A DNA stretch of 60,519 nt, taken from contig JAFGJZ010000015.1 in NCBI GenBank assembly GCA_016928815.1, forward strand, positions 1 through 60,519, in the 5' to 3' direction. Under the pieces are notes generated by a model, which was given only the letters and a program-made list of their open reading frames with translations, was not told the DNA's origin and searched no databases. Positions within the stretch are counted from its first letter, which is position 1, and each line of letters starts with the position of its first letter. Source of the stretch: Spirochaetota bacterium. GTDB taxonomy: Bacteria > Spirochaetota > UBA4802 > JAFGJZ01. This document shows positions 56,915 through 60,519 of this stretch, in pieces. The position numbers and the translations under genes are program-made.

Positions 56915-58108
56915 TTATCTGTCATTCCTCATACTTAGAGAGCCTTTTTTTGGAGAATCATCATCGCTGAGAGCTCCGTTCAGATCATTGACTTCTTTCA
57001 GAGACAGACCTCCTTTCTCATCACCCAGAAGCCGGAAACGGATTTTTCTGACAGTTTCCCGAATTTCATTTTTCAGGGCGGAGTCATTAATGATATGAAT
57101 AATCTCCTGAAAATATTTCAAGGTGCCTGTACTGCTGCAGGCAATGAGTGTTTCCGCAATATCGTCCTGCAGATGGTCTTTACTGCGGATTGAATCTATT
57201 AAAATTTCAAAAAGAAATTCAATCTGATCATCAGATTTAAGAATTCCGAAATATTCAAGTATCATTTTCTTCAACTGATAATCATCTGTTTTGGAATAGA
57301 CTTCCATGATGACATTCATGTCGGATTCGGATTTTGATTTAATAAAACTGCTTATTATCTCCTTCTGATAATCGCAGGGTTCCATGTCTTCAAAAAAACC
57401 TGTATCAGACAAAGTCTTTTCGCCGTTTTGAATAATCTGCGCAGCTAAAAGTTCTGTTGAATGGTCTGCTGTTCTGAACATTTTATTCAGAATCTTTTTA
57501 TGATGTCTGTTCAGAGACTCGGATCCATTATAGAAATTAAATATATTTTTTATTTCATTTCTGGTTAAAAATTGCTGCAGTTTTGATATGATCAGCAGCC
57601 TCCGTTTTACATACAGCCGCATGAAATACACAAAATCAACCAGTTCATACAGGTTTTTCTCCATGTCCTTTGTAAATTCAACAGGTGCATATAAAACGGC
57701 CTGAACACCGTCAAGTCCATGATCTGCATGGTAACTGCCATACACCAGCTCCGAAAAACGGGTTTTGATATTCTGATCAAAAATAAAATGAACAATATAA
57801 GCAGGAGGCAGGCTGATATCCTTTAATTCATTAAGTCCGAAGGATGCGGAAATTACAAGTTTTTTCCTGGCTCGTTTTATATCAACATTAAGTCTGAAGA
57901 ATAAATCTTTTTGTTTCAATTTTTTAAAAAAGCTTTCAATCTTTTCAGCTTCAAATTTTTTATCTTTTTCGGATCCGTAAATGACGCTGATTAATGATTT
58001 ATCTTTCACAGGCAATGAAGATTTATTTTTTGAAAAAATCCATTTGATGGAACCTGCAATCACGAAGGCAATCACACCGCCGCCGACACATGTGACAAAT
58101 AAATCCAT
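56915..58108 (-). CDS. membrane-anchored hypothetical protein (helical-repeat-like cytoplasmic region)
   Basis: N-terminal TM helix (LFVTCVGGGVIAFVIAGSI). The rest is predicted helical and the C-terminus reads GGLSLKEV..GALS. No family recognised. Confidence 0.45.
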   Translation of the reverse strand: MDLFVTCVGGGVIAFVIAGSIKWIFSKNKSSLPVKDKSLISVIYGSEKDKKFEAEKIESFFKKLKQKDLFFRLNVDIKRARKKLVISASFGLNELKDISLPPAYIVHFIFDQNIKTRFSELVYGSYHADHGLDGVQAVLYAPVEFTKDMEKNLYELVDFVYFMRLYVKRRLLIISKLQQFLTRNEIKNIFNFYNGSESLNRHHKKILNKMFRTADHSTELLAAQIIQNGEKTLSDTGFFEDMEPCDYQKEIISSFIKSKSESDMNVIMEVYSKTDDYQLKKMILEYFGILKSDDQIEFLFEILIDSIRSKDHLQDDIAETLIACSSTGTLKYFQEIIHIINDSALKNEIRETVRKIRFRLLGDEKGGLSLKEVNDLNGALSDDDSPKKGSLSMRNDR

Positions 58109-58249
58109 CTGCCCCTCCCTTAAAACATCCGCAGCTGCTTTTGTCCATGTCTTTAACTTTTAATTTTACCGGCACTTAAGACAGCTTAACATTAATTTAA
58201 TTCGGATTTCCTTATCTGTCAACACTGTTTATACTGTTCGTCTATTTCC

Positions 58250-58269
58250 TGCCTGACGATAGTCAGGCA
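58250..58269. repeat. perfect hairpin copy of the GCCTGAC repeat family
   Basis: TGCCTGAC-GATA-GTCAGGCA. The 17-mer CTGACGATAGTCAGGCA (58253..58269) is identical to 18509..18525. Confidence 0.7.
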
Positions 58270-58373
58270 CACAGCGCAAAAGCGGATGAGCTTAAAATAA
58301 AAGAACAATAAGAAAAGTTATCGGGCTTCGCGGATATTTTTTCATAAATTCTCCGGACATCATTTTTCGAGAT

Positions 58374-58637
58374 TCATACTGCTGGAGGCTGTTTTTTAGA
58401 AACCCTGCCTGCAATAAAATAGATTACCAGGCCGATTTCAATTACTGCAGCAACTATAAACCGCTACATTAAGAATATGCCTGATTTGAAATATATTGAT
58501 GTCGGTCCGTCTGCTCCGCCGATTATACTGATTGCTTCTGATTCTGCGGGCAAATTTGATATAAGTACTGTTAATAAACACAAAAATAATGAATTAATTA
58601 TCAAGAAAATTATAAGTATCTTTTTTGTTAAAGTCAT
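58374..58637 (-). pseudogene. small two-TM membrane protein (IIGGADGPT motif) interrupted by one in-frame TAG
   Basis: GGAG RBS, ATG 58637. The frame reads MTLTKKILIIFLIINSLFLCLLTVLISNLPAESEAISIIGGADGPTSIYFKSGIFLM, then TAG at 58466..58464. The same frame continues RFIVAAVIEIGLVIYFIAGRVSKKQPPAV and ends at TGA 58376..58374. IIGGADGPT also occurs in the OadB decarboxylase beta subunit and in small OadB-like membrane proteins. Confidence 0.45.
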
Positions 58638-58657
58638 TTATTTCTCCATATAAGAAT

Positions 58658-58993
58658 TTAGTTTTTCCTTAACAATCTGTTTAATAAAACATCTTCGATG
58701 TTTCTTCTGCCTTCAATTACTGTCATTACATATACATTATCATTTTCAATTCTATATATCAATTTCCAGACGGAATAAATAATCTCCCTGTAATTTGTAA
58801 TATTATGTAACTTTAATTCCGGAACAATACGGCCTCTCTCCGGAAAACTACATAACTTATCTGTTTTTTCTTTTATTTCTGTAAGAATATTTAAGGCGCT
58901 TTCAACACTATCATTTGAAATATATTCAATAATTTCTTCCAGATCATTTGCGGCCGACTTTGTCCATGCAACGTCAAATTTATTGATTTTCAT
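58658..58993 (-). CDS. RelE/ParE-family toxin
   Basis: …AANDLEEIIEYI…FPERGRIVPEL…YREIIYSVWKLIYRIENDNVYVMTVIEGRR fits ParE/RelE. 4-nt overlap with the upstream antitoxin gene. Confidence 0.85.
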   Translation of the reverse strand: MKINKFDVAWTKSAANDLEEIIEYISNDSVESALNILTEIKEKTDKLCSFPERGRIVPELKLHNITNYREIIYSVWKLIYRIENDNVYVMTVIEGRRNIEDVLLNRLLRKN

Positions 58994-59268
58994 TTTTTAT
59001 TCTTCAGTTTTTCTTTTAATACTGAAAATACAATTTTATGATCAGTAATCTCACCTTTTTTTATTTCATCTTCACTTTGAGATAAAATTTTCATCAAGCC
59101 CAGGGCGTTTTTCATCTGTTCATAACTTTCGGAATCAACCACAACAGCCCGTGCTTCTCCATTTTGAGTTACATAAGTCGGACGACGAGTATCATTTACC
59201 TGATTTAACACATCAGCGGTATGGGATTTCACATAAGAAACAGGTCTGATATCTTCTTTAATTTTCAT
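58990..59268 (-). CDS. Phd/YefM-family antitoxin
   Basis: PVSYVKSHTADVLNQVNDTRRPTYVTQNGEARAVVVDSESYEQM. Confidence 0.85.
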   Translation of the reverse strand: MKIKEDIRPVSYVKSHTADVLNQVNDTRRPTYVTQNGEARAVVVDSESYEQMKNALGLMKILSQSEDEIKKGEITDHKIVFSVLKEKLKNKK

Positions 59269-59373
59269 AATGCAACCTCATATTCAGTTCATATAAGGTA
59301 CCAAATATAGACCTATTGTCAAGATTATAATTGGAAAAAATGCAAAGATGTTTTATTTGGCAGGAGTAAGATA

Positions 59374-59432
59374 CCCGCCTGACTGTCTACAGACATGGTG
59401 CCTGTCACAATGCCTGTCGATTATCAGGCGGG
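59374..59432. repeat. third locus of the GCCTG repeat family, bounded by a 9-bp inverted repeat
   Basis: CCCGCCTGA (59374..59382) ... TCAGGCGGG (59424..59432) enclose GCCTGTC cores at 59400 and 59412. The 13-mer ATGGTGCCTGTCA (59395..59407) is identical to 18420..18432. Confidence 0.7.
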
Positions 59433-59474
59433 ACTACATGTTCCGGAAATAATTTTATCCTGAATGGCAAGTAC

Positions 59475-59503
59475 TTGACAGAATTTTTCTGTGCTATTAA
59501 TCT
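59475..59503 (+). promoter_or_regulatory. putative promoter of the deacetylase gene
   Basis: TTGACA (59475..59480), 17 nt, TAATCT (59498..59503). Confidence 0.4.
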
Positions 59504-59553
59504 TTGTATGACTTTCAGATTCAAAAAATAATCGACCGAAAGGAATTATTAAA

Positions 59554-60384
59554 ATGAAAAAGAATTATGTTTTGACAATTTTACTGCTTTTGCTGTTTTC
59601 ATGCATTGAAAAGAAAACTCAGAAATTACTGATTTTAAATGTGGATGATGTTGGAACTTCTCCTGATACAATAGAAGGTGTTATTGAACTTTATAAAAAT
59701 AATTCCATTTCTTCAGTAAGTTTCATGGCTTTCGGCGAAGACTTTGAAAACTCTGCTGCCAAATTAAAGGAATACAAAATTCCGACCGGAGTTCATCTGG
59801 CGCTTAATCATGGGAGCGGTGTTCTGCCGGTTAAGGATGTTCCCAGTCTGCATAGACCGGATGGAATGCTGTGGAATACTGTTGATGAGACAATGAGTCA
59901 TCTGGTTCTGGAAGAAGTTAGAATGGAATTTGAAGCTCAAATTAAAAAACTTTCAGATTCAGGAGTGAGACTAACCCATCTTGATTCTCACATGGGACTT
60001 GTATTTAATAATCAGGAGTTACTTCAGATATACATTGATCTGGCCCGGAAATATAATCTGGCGGTTGCACTGCCTGCATCAACATATTTTGACAAAACCC
60101 GAAAAGTTCTGGAAGAATCAAATCTGCAGGCAAGCAGTTCATATGATGGAATTTATGATCTTCACGAAGAAAATATTAAAAACCGGACAGATGCTTACAG
60201 AAAAAAAATCAGGAGGCTGTCAGCCGGTGTTAATTACATGTATTCGCACCCCATGCCGGACAGGGAATCGGTGCGGAAAAAATATGATGACTACAACATC
60301 CGGATAAATGATTTCAGCTTATTTATGTCGAAAGAATGGAAAAAGATGCTTAAAGAAAATAATGTGGAGCTGGTCAGCTTTTGA
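59554..60384 (+). CDS. ChbG/YdjC-family carbohydrate deacetylase, lipoprotein
   Basis: Lipobox LLLFSC. LILNVDDVGTS and THLDSHMG match YdjC-like metal-binding blocks. Confidence 0.7.
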   Translation: MKKNYVLTILLLLLFSCIEKKTQKLLILNVDDVGTSPDTIEGVIELYKNNSISSVSFMAFGEDFENSAAKLKEYKIPTGVHLALNHGSGVLPVKDVPSLHRPDGMLWNTVDETMSHLVLEEVRMEFEAQIKKLSDSGVRLTHLDSHMGLVFNNQELLQIYIDLARKYNLAVALPASTYFDKTRKVLEESNLQASSSYDGIYDLHEENIKNRTDAYRKKIRRLSAGVNYMYSHPMPDRESVRKKYDDYNIRINDFSLFMSKEWKKMLKENNVELVSF

Positions 60385-60519
60385 CGGTTTGAACAATGAC
60401 GGGATCAATCATCTTAATATGAGTTCAACATTCTCGAGAGTGTCAGATTTTTTGTGTAAATAGCCATTCTATTAAATTTTTACTCTCTCACCAAAATGAA
60501 TTGCAAACTGATTAATAGC

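Noticed and set aside
58250-59432. The repeats flanking the relE/phd cassette were considered as integron attC sites.
   Set aside because: There are no RYYYAAC/GTTRRRY core sites and no intI gene in the window. The same repeat family also occurs at 18.4 kb in a non-cassette context.

Overview
This is a 60.5-kb AT-rich chromosomal window with about 60 protein genes. I recognise no rRNA or tRNA gene, no CRISPR array and no transposase, integrase or phage gene. The gene content suggests an anaerobic Gram-negative, possibly spirochaete-like organism: class III ribonucleotide reductase, a Thi4-type thiazole synthase, many lipoproteins with ..S-C lipoboxes, a Cache-type chemoreceptor and giant DUF3857-like transglutaminase proteins. 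That taxonomic call is inference only.

Gene order, left to right:
- A truncated DUF2167 gene, a rhomboid protease and a DUF389 protein.
- An OtsA-OtsB fusion.
- A DeoR regulator with an orphan ABC ATPase, divergent from a ChvE/GguAB-like sugar ABC transporter.
- An MCP, a GH114-like hydrolase and YhhQ.
- An OMP-like protein and an HtrA operon.
- nrdD/nrdG.
- An 11.7-kb co-directional cluster: rpmH-rnpA-yidD-yidC-jag-mnmE plus two giant transglutaminase-like proteins.
- An amber-interrupted ferritin gene.
- A flavodiiron-like-GAF-GGDEF protein, an AEC transporter, then DUF4332, GNAT, AraC and a transglutaminase-like protein, and MntH.
- thi4-thiE-thiC-thiD behind a TPP riboswitch.
- An accessory stretch (52.9-59.3 kb) with three type II toxin-antitoxin pairs, an orphan RHH gene, an M28 peptidase and a J-domain gene pair.
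- A ChbG/YdjC-like deacetylase.

Most unusual observations:
1. A second copy of the TPP riboswitch plus its promoter block (112/115 identical) lies in front of an ECF sigma / membrane protein / beta-barrel-like operon. The two copies bracket this 3-kb, very AT-rich module directly upstream of the thiamine operon.
2. nrdD is split, so the glycyl-radical motif sits on a separate 49-codon ORF with its own RBS.
3. A helically phased GCCTG repeat family occurs at three intergenic loci.
4. Two unrelated genes each carry a single in-frame TAG.
5. The two secreted transglutaminase-like giants form an active/inactive pair appended to the mnmE cluster.
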